From NCBI RefSeq assembly GCF_006345805.1, contig NC_043003.1:48918001-48982000 (forward strand): DNA of 64,000 nt. The letters run 5' to 3'. The stretch is from Octopus sinensis (Eukaryota). Position numbers and translations under genes: made by a program. Numbering within the stretch: the first letter of the stretch is position 1; the number at the start of each line of letters is the position of its first letter. Under the pieces are notes generated by a model. That model was not told where the DNA came from. It ran no database searches and worked only from the letters and a program-made list of their open reading frames with translations. Positions 52,011-63,840 of the stretch are shown here, one piece after another.

Positions 52011-52914
52011 GTCTGTCGCAACGTATATTTGCACGCACATATCAATCCACAGGATGCATTTATGTAATTTTCTTGAGAATGATGTAAGGTCAAGCCGGGA
52101 GGAGAAATCTTGCTGTCGGCATTGAACGACGTTACGATACGTACATAATTGACATGACGTTTCTGACGTGTACATAGAATTATACGGTTATAGGAGATAT
52201 AGGAAGAATTAGCGAGTGGTTAGTAGCTTGAGGGATGATGCTGGCGGTCGTTAACAGGCAACCGATTGTTCGTTCCTCATCTTGTTCGTTTTCTAACATT
52301 GAAAGCATACACACACGCAATACACTCCCTGCCACATATATACACACATGCATATAAACACTGATTTGATAACGTATGCGTACATATATATATATATATA
52401 CTATATATATATATATATGTGCAGAAACATATACGTTCATTGTATATCTGACTTAATGCTGTAATGTACAATTGTCTTAAGCCCCGAGTTCGCGATCATT
52501 ATTCGATTCCCTACGGAAGACAAAATCGATCAGTTGCTTCTCGCTTTCTCTCTCTCTCTCTTTTCTGTTTGTCTGTCTATATGTCTTTCTCTCTCTGCAC
52601 ACACACAGAGACGCACACACATGTTTATGTGTGCGTATATATAAATATATGTCTATGTATCTCTCCTCTTTCTCTATATGAATACATACATATACGCGCG
52701 CGCGCACAAAGACAGACATACACACACATATCCCCGCTTTTGTAACTTTTGACTATAAAGATAATATACGTGTGCATGTGTGTGTGTGTGTATGTTTGTA
52801 TATTCATATATATCTGTATATGTATATAATATACATTTATACATATGCATATACATATCTACACATGTACATATAAATGTGTGTGTGTGTGTGTGTATAT
52901 ATCTTCATATTTAT

Positions 52915-53060
52915 GTACGTAATCCTTTCTGTCGGAGAGCGTAGGCTCGAAACGTAAAATACTTTTTCATTTTTCCCGAGCGTTAAACAAATACACCTGC
53001 TTCTTCTTCCAACACATGACTTCGCCTTTTGATTTCTGCAAATTTGACTATTATATTAAT
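52915..53060 (+). mobile_element. Family D copy 4 with minimal hammerhead at 52926-52959
   Basis: TTT CTGTCGG A GAGC GTAG GCTC GAA ACGT A AAA; downstream CC.GAGCG shared with the other D copies. Confidence 0.6.
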
Positions 53061-53096
53061 ATATATATTTTATATATATATATATAATATATATAT

Positions 53097-53362
53097 GCTG
53101 GTCAGACCTGGCTGCAGACCGTGATGTCTGGCGCCACACGATCTTCAAAGCAGTCAGTAAGTTTGAGGAACAAATAAGAGACACACTTAAAGACAAGAGA
53201 CGCAGGAGGAAGGCGCGAGTCGCCTCTGACACCACACCGGATGTTACCTTCGTCTGTGGACACTGCTAACGGACCCGCCTTTCCCATATTGGACTTGTCA
53301 GTCATGAGCGTGCATGCACGCGACGTGGACAGCCTTCTGATCTTCGTTCACGAAGCCAAGTC

Positions 53363-53401
<39 letters not shown>
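53097..53401 (+). pseudogene. RTE-clade LINE 3' end with (TAA)n tail
   Basis: AADRDVWRHTIFKAVSKFEE...KDKRRRRKAR...FVCGHC*R...SHIGLVSHERAC, then TCTTCGTTCACGAAGCCAAGTC(ATA)n; embedded in (TA)n. Confidence 0.85.
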
Positions 53402-53405
<4 letters not shown>

Positions 53406-53428
53406 GTATATATAATATATATATAATA

Positions 53429-53507
<79 letters not shown>

Positions 53508-53508
<1 letters not shown>

Positions 53509-53610
53509 TAGCAGTATAACCCGGCCTTGCACGATATTAAGCCAATCAAGTTCTTTATTTCAACCAAACTAAGTAATATCGACGTCACGGGCTCCTTGAA
53601 TTGGTTATAT

Positions 53611-53652
<42 letters not shown>

Positions 53653-55510
53653 ATATATATATATATATATATATAATAAATAATATATATAATATAATAT
53701 AATATAATATATAAAATATATATGGGCAACAGACACGAACACACATGTATGTACGTACACATATTGCATGTTTTGTGCATGCATATATGTTCATTTTTGC
53801 GTGGAATCAACTACTAATATGCTACAAAACCCTTGAGTGGGTGTGGTAGAAGCCTCGGAAATTGTACCCATTTATATTGTGCAATTCACTGACAAATTGC
53901 TACTCACCTCTTTGTTTCTTTGTTGTTAAATAAATGGATTGTCAACAAAACACTTTTTTACTCGGCGTAAAATAAAAACAAAACTCTTTCGCACCCAAAG
54001 TAATGTGTATGAGAGAGGGGGGTAGATAGATGAACGATTTAAAATAAATAAATGATTTAAAATAAATATATTGTAATTGTTGTGTGAGAAAGTATATATA
54101 CTATAATTATAAAATATAGTGTCTTTCAAAAACATCCTGAATTTGAACACTATATCTCGTGTTTAAGAAAAGACAAAACATTTTACATTTTATATTTTAT
54201 GAACGTCGTCACTTACTCTCTCTCTCCCTCCCTCTCTCACTTTGTCTTTCCCGTGAAACTCTCTGCTTCTCTTCCACTTTTCTTTTATCTTGTTTTTTTT
54301 TGTTAGATGCCGTCAGAAAGCTATGGCTGAAAATAGATTTTTATGAACGTCGTCACTTACTCTCTCTCCCTCTCTCACTTTGTCTTTCCCGTGAAACTCT
54401 CTGCCTCTCTTCTTCCACTTTTCTTTATCTTGTTTTCTTTTTGTTAGACGCCGTCAAAAAGATATGGCTGAAAATAGATTTTTACCGCAAAATGTTATGC
54501 TCGAAAATAGATTTTTACCGCTATCCGCGGGTGCCTTGGGAAAAAAATAAGTTGACAAAACCCAGATAGGATGTTGTTGAATGTCTTCCTAAAATTTGAG
54601 CGACATGCGTGCTAATTTGTGGATGTGCATAAACTACAATCACGTACACACACACACATCTTGCCGTATATATATACAGATATATATAAATATATATGTA
54701 TTCCCAACCACATGGTTCTGGGTCCAGTACTATTGTCCTCCCTGTTGTATAGAAATGTACGGCTGCAGCGAAATTCATTTTTGAACTTTCTTCTATTGAA
54801 GGCATTTTAACAAAAATGCTTCCTTAAAGACGGTGAAAATATTGTCAATTTCGCCAAACAGGGACAGAATTCAATTTTTAAACAAAGGGTGAGGGTTACG
54901 GTTTACAATTATTTAACAAATGCAACGCAACAACGTTTCCCTGACGAGGAACCAACAAACGTGATTACAATAGTCAAACAGTAATAATAATAACAACAAA
55001 CCTTTTTAATTTATCCCGATTTATGTGAAACCACTTATTCAAGTTCAAGTCATTGATGCAATTTTATACGAATTGCTAATACACACACACACGCATAATA
55101 AGGGTGAAAAATTGAAAATTAATTTGATTAATATGAATTGAAAACCAGTGGTGTAGCATATAAGACCATAGCGGATCTTCTTCTAGCAAAATGGATGACC
55201 ACTGTTAATGGTTCATCCATGTTATATAATACTTTCACTTTAATAGTTTCAGTATTAAAGTGAAAGTCTGCATTACAATAGAGAGATGTTTTTGTTTCAC
55301 TTTTAACACGGAATACTGAAATAGTGGAGAAGATATGATATTGCTGTGGGGTCGCCCTAGGGAAAAAGTTAAGATTTTTGGCCGATGACACTCCCCGGAC
55401 CTTAAGTAAGGCATGTGTAAAATTTGAATGAAATTGGTTGTGTAGTTCTCAAGTTTTAGGGAAACACACAGACAGACAGACAGACACACATTCTCAGTTT
55501 TATATATATA
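53508..55510 (-). mobile_element. Probable Helitron-derived element (3' CTAG at 53508-53511, 5' block at about 55386-55510), interior uncertain
   Basis: ACTAGCAGTATAACCCGG terminus; right block matches 55968-56085; continuity between the ends is inferred. Confidence 0.4.
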
Positions 55511-56084
55511 CTAGCATTATGACCCGTCGTTGCCGGGTCATAGTGCTAGTGCATGTATATATGTGTATATATATGTGTACATATTACATGTACATCTATA
55601 TATATATATACATCTACACATAAAATACAAAATACAAAGTTATATCTTGATATCGCTAGTGATAACAATACTCAAAATATATAACAGACTGGAATTGTTA
55701 GCCCGTCTCTTGTAATTTCGATCAATTGTATCTTGTCCTCCCTCTTGTATAGAAGTATGGCTACAATCCAGCCTACCTCTACTTCTGGGGGGGGGGTGCA
55801 TTTTTAATCTTTATCCGGGACGTCCTACGTCACAGATATAAAGGTAAAAATGAAATATTTCCATTTAGCAAGGTTCGAGTCGAGTACTCCCTTGACTCGA
55901 ACTTTGCTTCTATTGTGGCGAATTTACCGCCTCTGGTTAGATATCTCTCATAGTCGCACCAAGACATGGACCCTAAGTAAGGCATGTGTAAAATTTGAAT
56001 GAAATTGGTTTTGTAGTTCTCAAGTTTTAGGGAAACACACAGACAGACAGACACACACACATTCTCAGTTTTATATATATAAAG

Positions 56085-56085
<1 letters not shown>
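55511..56085 (-). mobile_element. Non-autonomous Helitron
   Basis: Minus strand starts A|TCTTTATATATATAAAACTGAGAATG with (TGTC)n; ends CCCGGCAACGACGGGTCATAATGCTAG|T. Confidence 0.6.
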
Positions 56086-56148
<63 letters not shown>

Positions 56149-56162
56149 ATATATACACATAC

Positions 56163-56193
<31 letters not shown>

Positions 56194-56388
56194 CAACATA
56201 CATACATACATACATACATACAACATACATACATACATACATACATACATACATACATACATACATACATACATGCATATATATATCTATATACATATAT
56301 ATATGTACATTTATATATTTAAATATGTATGTATGTATGTATATATATACAGACAGACAGACACGCACACACACACAGACACACACAC

Positions 56389-56432
<44 letters not shown>

Positions 56433-56542
56433 ACATACATGCACACACCAATCTTATCTTTAATTGTCGCAAAATTGGCTCAAAGGATTAAGGTTTCGTG
56501 CATCGCACTTATGAACTTTCTGCCGATTAAGATTAATAAAAA

Positions 56543-56590
<48 letters not shown>

Positions 56591-57594
56591 TATATATGTA
56601 GTCATATGCCGACTTTCAATTGTTCTCTTTGTTCTTTTAAATATGATTGTGTTTGTATATGTGTGTATAGAGAGGATGTAAGTATTGTAAGTATATATAT
56701 ATATATATATGTGTGTGTTTGTGTTTGTGTGTGTAGATAGAGAGAGATGTAAGTATATATATTTGCGTGTGTGAGTGTATGCGTTGATGCATACATCCGT
56801 ATTTTTGTTTATCTTTCTTGTTTTAGTCTTTGAAACACGGCCATGCAGGGCTACCGTCTTGAAAACTTCTTAAATGTGGTGCATATTCTCTAGGTTTCTC
56901 TTGCCGAACAGCAAAATCAAAGGTGCACAAGCAAATATCGAATATCAAGCAGTTTCTCTCTCTCTCTCTCCCTCTCTCTCTCACACACACACACACTCAC
57001 GCACACACACACGCATGTATATAAGTACAAACATGCATACACATATACAGATACGCATACACAGCTGTCACATTGCCTTTCAAAAAGATTAGCTTTTTGC
57101 TCGCTTAAATATGAAAACTGAAATGTTTTATTAAGTTTTTCTGATGTTATCTCCTTTTCCTTTTGAGACTTGCTGACATTTACCGCTAAGTTTTTGTTTT
57201 CGTTCTCTGAGAGGCAAATTTCGAGTCATCAAGAATTATTCTTTTTGCATACATCATTCAATTTATCCACTGGAACTATATAATTTCACTCTAGAAGTCA
57301 CAAATTTGTGATCTCTAGTTTACGAAATGATATAAATTCCTGTTGTGTCAAGAAGAGAATTTCAATGTTTTGAGCGGGTCTTTTCCTTAGAAAAATATTT
57401 ATAAAGAAGCTTTTATTTTTTTTTATGACTTATGATGTGCAAGAAAAGGTTTGATCATTTTCGGGACCTTCGAGGCTGGTGATTGATACGAGGGGAGTTT
57501 TTCTCACATCAGAGTCCTGCAAAGAATTCTCTCAACAGTATGGACCCTGGAAAAGTCACCTATGGCCAGAGCAGGCAGTAGTGATGTTAAACCA

Positions 57595-57723
57595 TGTGAA
57601 CACGCTTTGCACCACATAGTTTCGGGTTCCTTCCCTCTTGGGAAAGTATCTTCTACTTTAGCTCCAGGTCGACCAATACCTTGTGAGTGTATTTGATAGA
57701 CAGAAACTGTGGTGACGTCCGTC

Positions 57724-57799
<76 letters not shown>

Positions 57800-57899
57800 G
57801 TCTGTCTGTCTGTCTGTCTGTCCGCCCGCCTGCCTGCCTGCCTGCCTACCTGTCTGTCTGTCCGTCCGTCCGTCCGTCCGTCCGTCCGCCCGTCCGCCC

Positions 57900-57943
<44 letters not shown>

Positions 57944-58195
57944 CTATCTATCTATCTATCTATCTATCTACCTATCTCTCTCTCTCTCTCTCTTTGAATG
58001 CGTGTGTTCGTTCTCCCTCTCAGTTTGACAACCAGTGTTAATTGTTTACGCTCCTGTAACTCAGCGGTTCGGCAACAGGGTCGATAGAATAAGTTCCAAA
58101 ATTAAAAATATAAGTAGTGGGATTTATTCGACTAAACCCTTCAATGTGGTACCTCAGAATGGTCGCATTCCAATGAGTGAAACAAGGAAAATGTA
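57595..58195 (+). mobile_element. SINE family A, diverged, internal (TCTA)/(TCTG)/(TCCG)n
   Basis: Decayed head to about 57720, microsatellite to about 58000, tail GTAACTCAGCGGTTCGGCAA...GATAGAATAAG. Confidence 0.75.
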
Positions 58196-58866
58196 AAGAT
58201 AACCATGTGCTACAACATGTATCTCATTTTTGCAATACGAAATAAGATCATAGCAAAGATAGAACAAATGCCAACATCTTCGTCGATAACCAAAAATCAA
58301 TTTAAAATCGAAGTTCTCATATCAAGAACACATCAGATTTTTAAGCTGGTTGGAACAGAACAGATATTAAATTTTTATCCTAGCGAATATGCTGAGAAGT
58401 GATTTTGCTTTTGATTCAGTGAGGGAACCTATTTGTGGTCTTTTAGCCCGCGAGAAATAACAGCATAGTTTCTCTCAAATCATATCTTAATTCTCTTTAA
58501 TAAGGAATTATGCATCGGATTAATGTTAAATCTGAACAAAAGCAACAACAAAAAACATAAAACTGGATGGGCACGGCTCTTCGATCTTTGATCTGCTTGA
58601 TCAGAGCTGACCTGGAAGTAATCAAAATCAACAGCTGTGGCAGCAGTAATAGCAGCAGCAACAACAACAATAACAACAACAGCAGCACCACCACCACCAC
58701 CACCACCACCACCAATCAGCATAGTTATCCTTATTCGGAGTCCAAAGCCCGGCGAGATCGGTTTTGCCTTTCATCCTCCTGATGTTGATAAATGAAATTC
58801 CAAACAAGTACTTGCCACATTCTTCTCTCTCCTTGCCACATCTCTTTCTCTTTCTCTTTCTCTCAG

Positions 58867-58975
58867 TTTCCCAGAACCGGCTACATTGTGCTGTAAAGAG
58901 GGTTGTGAGGGTGTACTCACAGCGCCCCGTCCTTCAGGAACGAAGATGCTTAAGCGAAAGGTTAACAACATCTAA
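58867..58975 (+). CDS. Candidate terminal host exon
   Basis: Long polypyrimidine tract ending CAG (58866, or 58874); one frame reads (FP)EPATLCCKEGCEGVLTAPRPSGTKMLKRKVNNI*; AATAAA at about 59099; no homology recognised. Confidence 0.25.
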
Positions 58976-59611
58976 CAGAAGAAGAACACTGATACATTAC
59001 TGGATCCGTCTAATAACGAACCGATTTCCGATGTTGTATGGCTGAGAGAGATAAAGAAGAAAACCATTGCCATTAAGATATATTTTTGAATTGATAGAAA
59101 TAAATATGGAAAGGAAGAGAAAATTTTTAAAAAAGCAAAACGAAACAAAAGTTGAAATTCGAATCGTCACAAAATGGCAGTTGTTTTATATTGGTAATAG
59201 TCTTGGTAATTGAATTTCGATTTGTGTTCAAATTATACTTTCAGAGTAAGCTAATGTCCAATTTCTAACTTTGCCAACAATCGATTTTGTTTTCGAGCCA
59301 GCGTGGGAGCCTCTGTTATAGTGATTCGATCTACTAGACAATACAGCCGTATATCCCTCAAATAAAATCCTTCGGCTGAACTGACACCGCTATCACTGAA
59401 AAACAAGCAACATATGAAAGACATTTTGGAGGACGTATTGCTGGATACTTCTAGAAATATGGTATGGATATAGTTAAAATATGTTTGATTATGAGTTTCC
59501 TTAAGTCAAAGTTGACCTGGGGCTAAAAGACAATAACAATGACGGCAACAACTATAACGACAAACAACAACTACGACGACAATTACAACAACGACGATGA
59601 CCGCAACAGCA

Positions 59612-59820
59612 GTGGAGGCGCAATGGCCCAGTGGTTAGGGCAGCGGACTCGCGGTCGTAAGAACGCGGTTTCGATTCCCAGACCAGACATAGTGAGTGTT
59701 TATTTAGCAAAAACACCTAAGCTCCACGTGGCTTCAGCGGTGGGGTGGAAGTGGGGGGAGTGAATACCGCTGTACTCTTTCACCACAACTTTCTTTCACT
59801 TTTTCTTCCTACTTCTACCA
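59612..59820 (+). mobile_element. SINE family C
   Basis: GTGGAGGCGCAATGGCCCAGTGGTTAGGGCAGCGGACTCGCGGTCG...GGTTTCGATTCCC. Confidence 0.8.
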
Positions 59821-60873
59821 CAAAGAAGAGGAACCATGGTGTAACCCACTATAGTGTGGTAAACTTTCAGACCCTAGTCTAGATTGCGAATCCTCTGTAC
59901 CCCAGGATGGTTCAGCTCTCCACCCGTTAAAAGCCACCGTTTACGGAATGAGGATAACAACGTAGCTTTCGCGCCCGTGCAACCGCCAGTCTATCGCGTG
60001 TGGTGGATGGATCTTCAAGTTGCCACACGCATTCTTAGTAGTTTGGAGTAGGCTCGAATTAGAGATTATTCTTTGTGGCTAATGGCGTGTTTACTGATTG
60101 GAAGAAGAAGAAGAAGAAGAAGATAACAACAATGGCAGTGGCAACAACGAGAACGTCAAAGACAACGGCGACGACGACGATGTCTGCCGCTTCCACCGCC
60201 GCTGCCACCGCCGCCGCAACCACCACCACTACCATATCAAAATTTTCTTCTCAGTACGCGTTTCTCTAAACATTGAAATTCGCTATTCACAATAGTGTAA
60301 AGGGCTTTTATTCAAATATTTTGTGAGCTTCATTGACGTTGTAAACCGTCTCACAAATTATTCTAGAACTGAGAAAATATGAAACATTGTAGATACCAGA
60401 CTACACAAAACTTTGTTCCAAATGGAAAAACAAAAATTGTTGACGTTAGTTTTTCTGCTTCGAAATCCACCATTCCATAAACGAGTTATTTCAAGTACAC
60501 TTGAAGTTTCTAAATTCTCATGATAAACTACATGCAATTCTCGCTGGAAAGAATATTCGTATTTATAGCTATTATAACTATTCATAACTATTTATAACTA
60601 TTTGTAGCTATTATTCGTAGCTTTTACTGATTCAATATCCATCATTCCAAAAAAGAAGTATTTCACGTTTTGAAGTTTATAAATTCCTATGACGTCAACA
60701 ACATACAATTCTCATTGGTAAGAATGAAGTTTCTAAAATGGGGAGAGAAATTCGAAGTCTTTCGTTGCATACTGGCGATATGGGTTCAAGTCCTTCCCCA
60801 GAGTCACTTTTGACTTTTCTAGCCAAACAAATTTTTAAAGTCAATATTTACTTATTTCTATCGCTTCAAAATA

Positions 60874-61305
60874 TAGGGTGTCCCCTCAAAAATTGATATA
60901 ATTTGAAATGTAAATTTCTGAGGAACTACATGTCGGAGACAAACGAAATTAAATAGACTTTATGCTGAACAATAAAAGATTTATCTATCAAAATTTGGAC
61001 AAGAGATTCAGAGAGATGTTGATTTTACATCGATTTCCCAAAGCTTCACAAATTTTCAATATGTGCACTGGCTGTGACACGACACACATCAAGTCGATCA
61101 TCCAGTCAAACACGTTGTAGCATGTTTTGCGTAACATTCTTCAGCCCCTCAAGCTTGAGTTCCCCTAAGTTTGTAGGAAGAGGTGAGATATAGACCAGTC
61201 CTTTCACATAGCCCGAAAAGACAAAAAAAAAAAAAATCACAGGTGAACGTGGTGGCCATTTCAGCACAACATTATTATGATCACTGTCTTGCCCGATCCA
61301 AACTT
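60874..61305 (-). pseudogene. Tc1/mariner (maT/rosa-like) transposase C-terminus and right TIR
   Basis: WIGQDSDHNNVVLKWPPRSP...FGYVKGLVYISPLPTNLGELK...NMLQRV...RLDVCRVTASAHIENL*; terminus TA|TAGGGTGTCCC (CAGGGTG-type). Confidence 0.85.
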
Positions 61306-61409
61306 AGTTTTTAAATGCTTTGCTAAAATTTGATATAATTTGAGCGAGAATTGGTTATGTTATTAGACTCCGAAATGATGTCGGTCCTAAATACTTTAAT
61401 AATAATGAA

Positions 61410-61830
61410 GTGCTGGCAAAATCATTAAGATACCGGGCCAAATACTTAGCAGTGTTTCGTCTGACTTTACGTACTGAGTTCAAATTTCACCAAGGTTGAC
61501 TTTGCCTTTCATCCTTTCGGGACCGATAAATTAAGCATCGGGGCCGATGTAATCGACTTACTACTTCACCCGAACTTGCTGGCCATATGCCAAAATAACG
61601 GCTTTAATAAGGCGGCGGCGAGCTGGCAGAATCGTTAGCTAACACATCAGGCAGAATGCTTAGCGCTATTTCGTCTGCCTTGACTTTCTGAGTTCAAATT
61701 CTGTCGATTTTGCCTTTCATCCTTTCGGGATCGATAAAAAATATATCAGTTGAGCAGAGGGGTCGATATAATTGACTACCCCCTCCTTGAAATTGCTGAT
61801 CTTGTGGCAAAAATTTGAAACCAATAACAA
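61410..61830 (+). mobile_element. SINE family B dimer
   Basis: Two cores; shares diagnostic variants with 17800-18235. Confidence 0.8.
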
Positions 61831-62054
61831 TGGTTCTCCTCTTTATTTCTTCTCCGTGCTCTTTTTTCAGACAGATCCAGTAATATGTCTTTTTTTTGTT
61901 TCTATTAGATGTTGCTTATCTCTCGCTTAAGTCATCTTCGTTTCTGAAGGAAGAAGCGGTGTGAATGCGCCGCCATGACACCTCATACCGCGCAACGTAG
62001 CCGGTTCTGAGAGAGAGAGAGGGAGAGAGAGGGAGAGAGAGAGAGAGGGAGAGA

Positions 62055-62127
<73 letters not shown>

Positions 62128-62269
62128 GTAAATACTTGTCTGGAATTTTATCATCCGCTGGATGAAAGACAAGACTGATCTCGCCGGGATTTGGACACCG
62201 AATAAGGATGGTTGAGATATGTGGTTGTTACTGTTGTTGGTGGCGTCGTTGTCGTCGCTATGGTGGTAG

Positions 62270-62370
62270 TGGCAGCGGCGTACTAGTGGTGGTGGCGGCG
62301 GCGTACTAGTGGTGGTGGCGGCGGCGTACTAGTGGTGGTGGCGGCGGCGTAGTAGTGGTGGTGGTGGTGG
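62270..62370. repeat. 23-bp minisatellite (TACTAGTGGTGGTGGCGGCGGCG), about 4 copies
   Basis: Unit starts at 62281, 62304, 62327 and 62350. Confidence 0.9.
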
Positions 62371-63064
62371 TACTGTTGTTTTCGTTGAGTTTCAGGTCAG
62401 CGCTGATCAAACAGATCAATGATAAAAAAACCCGTGCCCATCCCATTTTATATATTTATATTCTACGAATATCTTCAGTTGTTTGTTTCAGCACAAAACA
62501 CTAAACTATAGCTTTATAGTTGTCTAATGTTCGTGAGGAAATTTCAAACTTCTCTATACTTGAACTGTATTTTGTCTTTAGGGATGAAAAAAAAAAAATG
62601 TAGCTTTGTAAATGTTAGAAGAACGACAATTGTTTTTCGAATAATATTGAATATTTATATTTCGCATTCAACAATATATAAAAAAAAAACCTACGTTTAT
62701 TTTTGAAAATTCGTGTTTGTGAGACTTTTATCGTATGGCAACTGGGCAAATTCTTTTTGAGCAATTAAAGAAAGCTGTTTCACCTGTTCCATAATTACTA
62801 CAATTGTCTATGTCAAGCCGAAAATATTTGGGCTAACTTTTTTTTGCTATGCATTCTATTGTTCACTTTTTCCAATTTCATTCAAATGTTCTACACTGTT
62901 ATAATTTTGCATACTAATAATAAAAATCGCATTCAATTTTATTTTGCAGAAATTAATGACGAAAAATTTACACAATTCTGTGTTTTCTAAGATGAGGACT
63001 ATTTTTTTTTACTATTATGTATTAATATTGGTCGGAATGGTGTCCTCATCTTGATTGTTGCTTT

Positions 63065-63106
63065 CACTACGTTTCGGCTGTTGTACACTCCAGTCTTCTT
63101 CAAGTG
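63065..63106 (-). ncRNA. Minimal hammerhead-like motif (U3 variant)
   Basis: Reverse complement CAC TTGAAGA A GACTG...CAGCC GAA ACGT A GTG. Confidence 0.6.
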
Positions 63107-63169
63107 TCTTGTGATTCACCTTAATACCTTGACTGGGATTGAACTCAGAACATCTAGGTGACTGCATTG

Positions 63170-63210
63170 CATTTGAAGAAGGCTGGATCGTACACAGCCG
63201 AAATGTAATG
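63170..63210 (+). ncRNA. Minimal hammerhead-like motif (U3 variant), inverted partner of 63065-63106
   Basis: CAT TTGAAGA A GGCTG GATCGTACA CAGCC GAA ATGT A ATG. Confidence 0.6.
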
Positions 63211-63840
63211 AAAATAACAACCAAGATGAGAACATCACTCCAACTATTATATAATATAAAAATTCCTTATCTCAGAAAATACAGAATTGTATTATTCAGT
63301 TGGTACGGAGCCGACATAAGATATCAATGGGGGTTTATAAGCCTTAAAATTTAAACTTTTGAAATATTTTTCGATAATTTTAGGTAATCGGAAGCCTCCA
63401 TTATCAACATAGCGGAAGTCACACCTGATGTCTGTTTCCACAGCAGCGAGTAAACCAGGACTTGAATTGGTTGAAACATGAAATTAGAAAAATATTTCAT
63501 GCCTTAAAGTTATGTAACTTTATTTATTTTTAATTTCTGCCAAAAATGAATCTGATTTTATAATTATCATATAAAACTACATCAATGTAGAAAACTTGAA
63601 GGAAATCGAATTCAGCAAGAAAATCGCCCCACCAAAACCAAGCCGAACCAAACCAAACCAAACCAAACCGAACCGAACCGAACCAAAAAAACCCCCGAAA
63701 ACCTAAATACTCATGATATGCAATTGAATTTAAAGTCAACTTATAATTACAGACAAAATCATCAGTATTCTTTTATTCTTTTATTTGCTTCAGTCATTTG
63801 CTGGAGCACCGCCTTTAGTCGAGCATATCGACCCCAGGCA

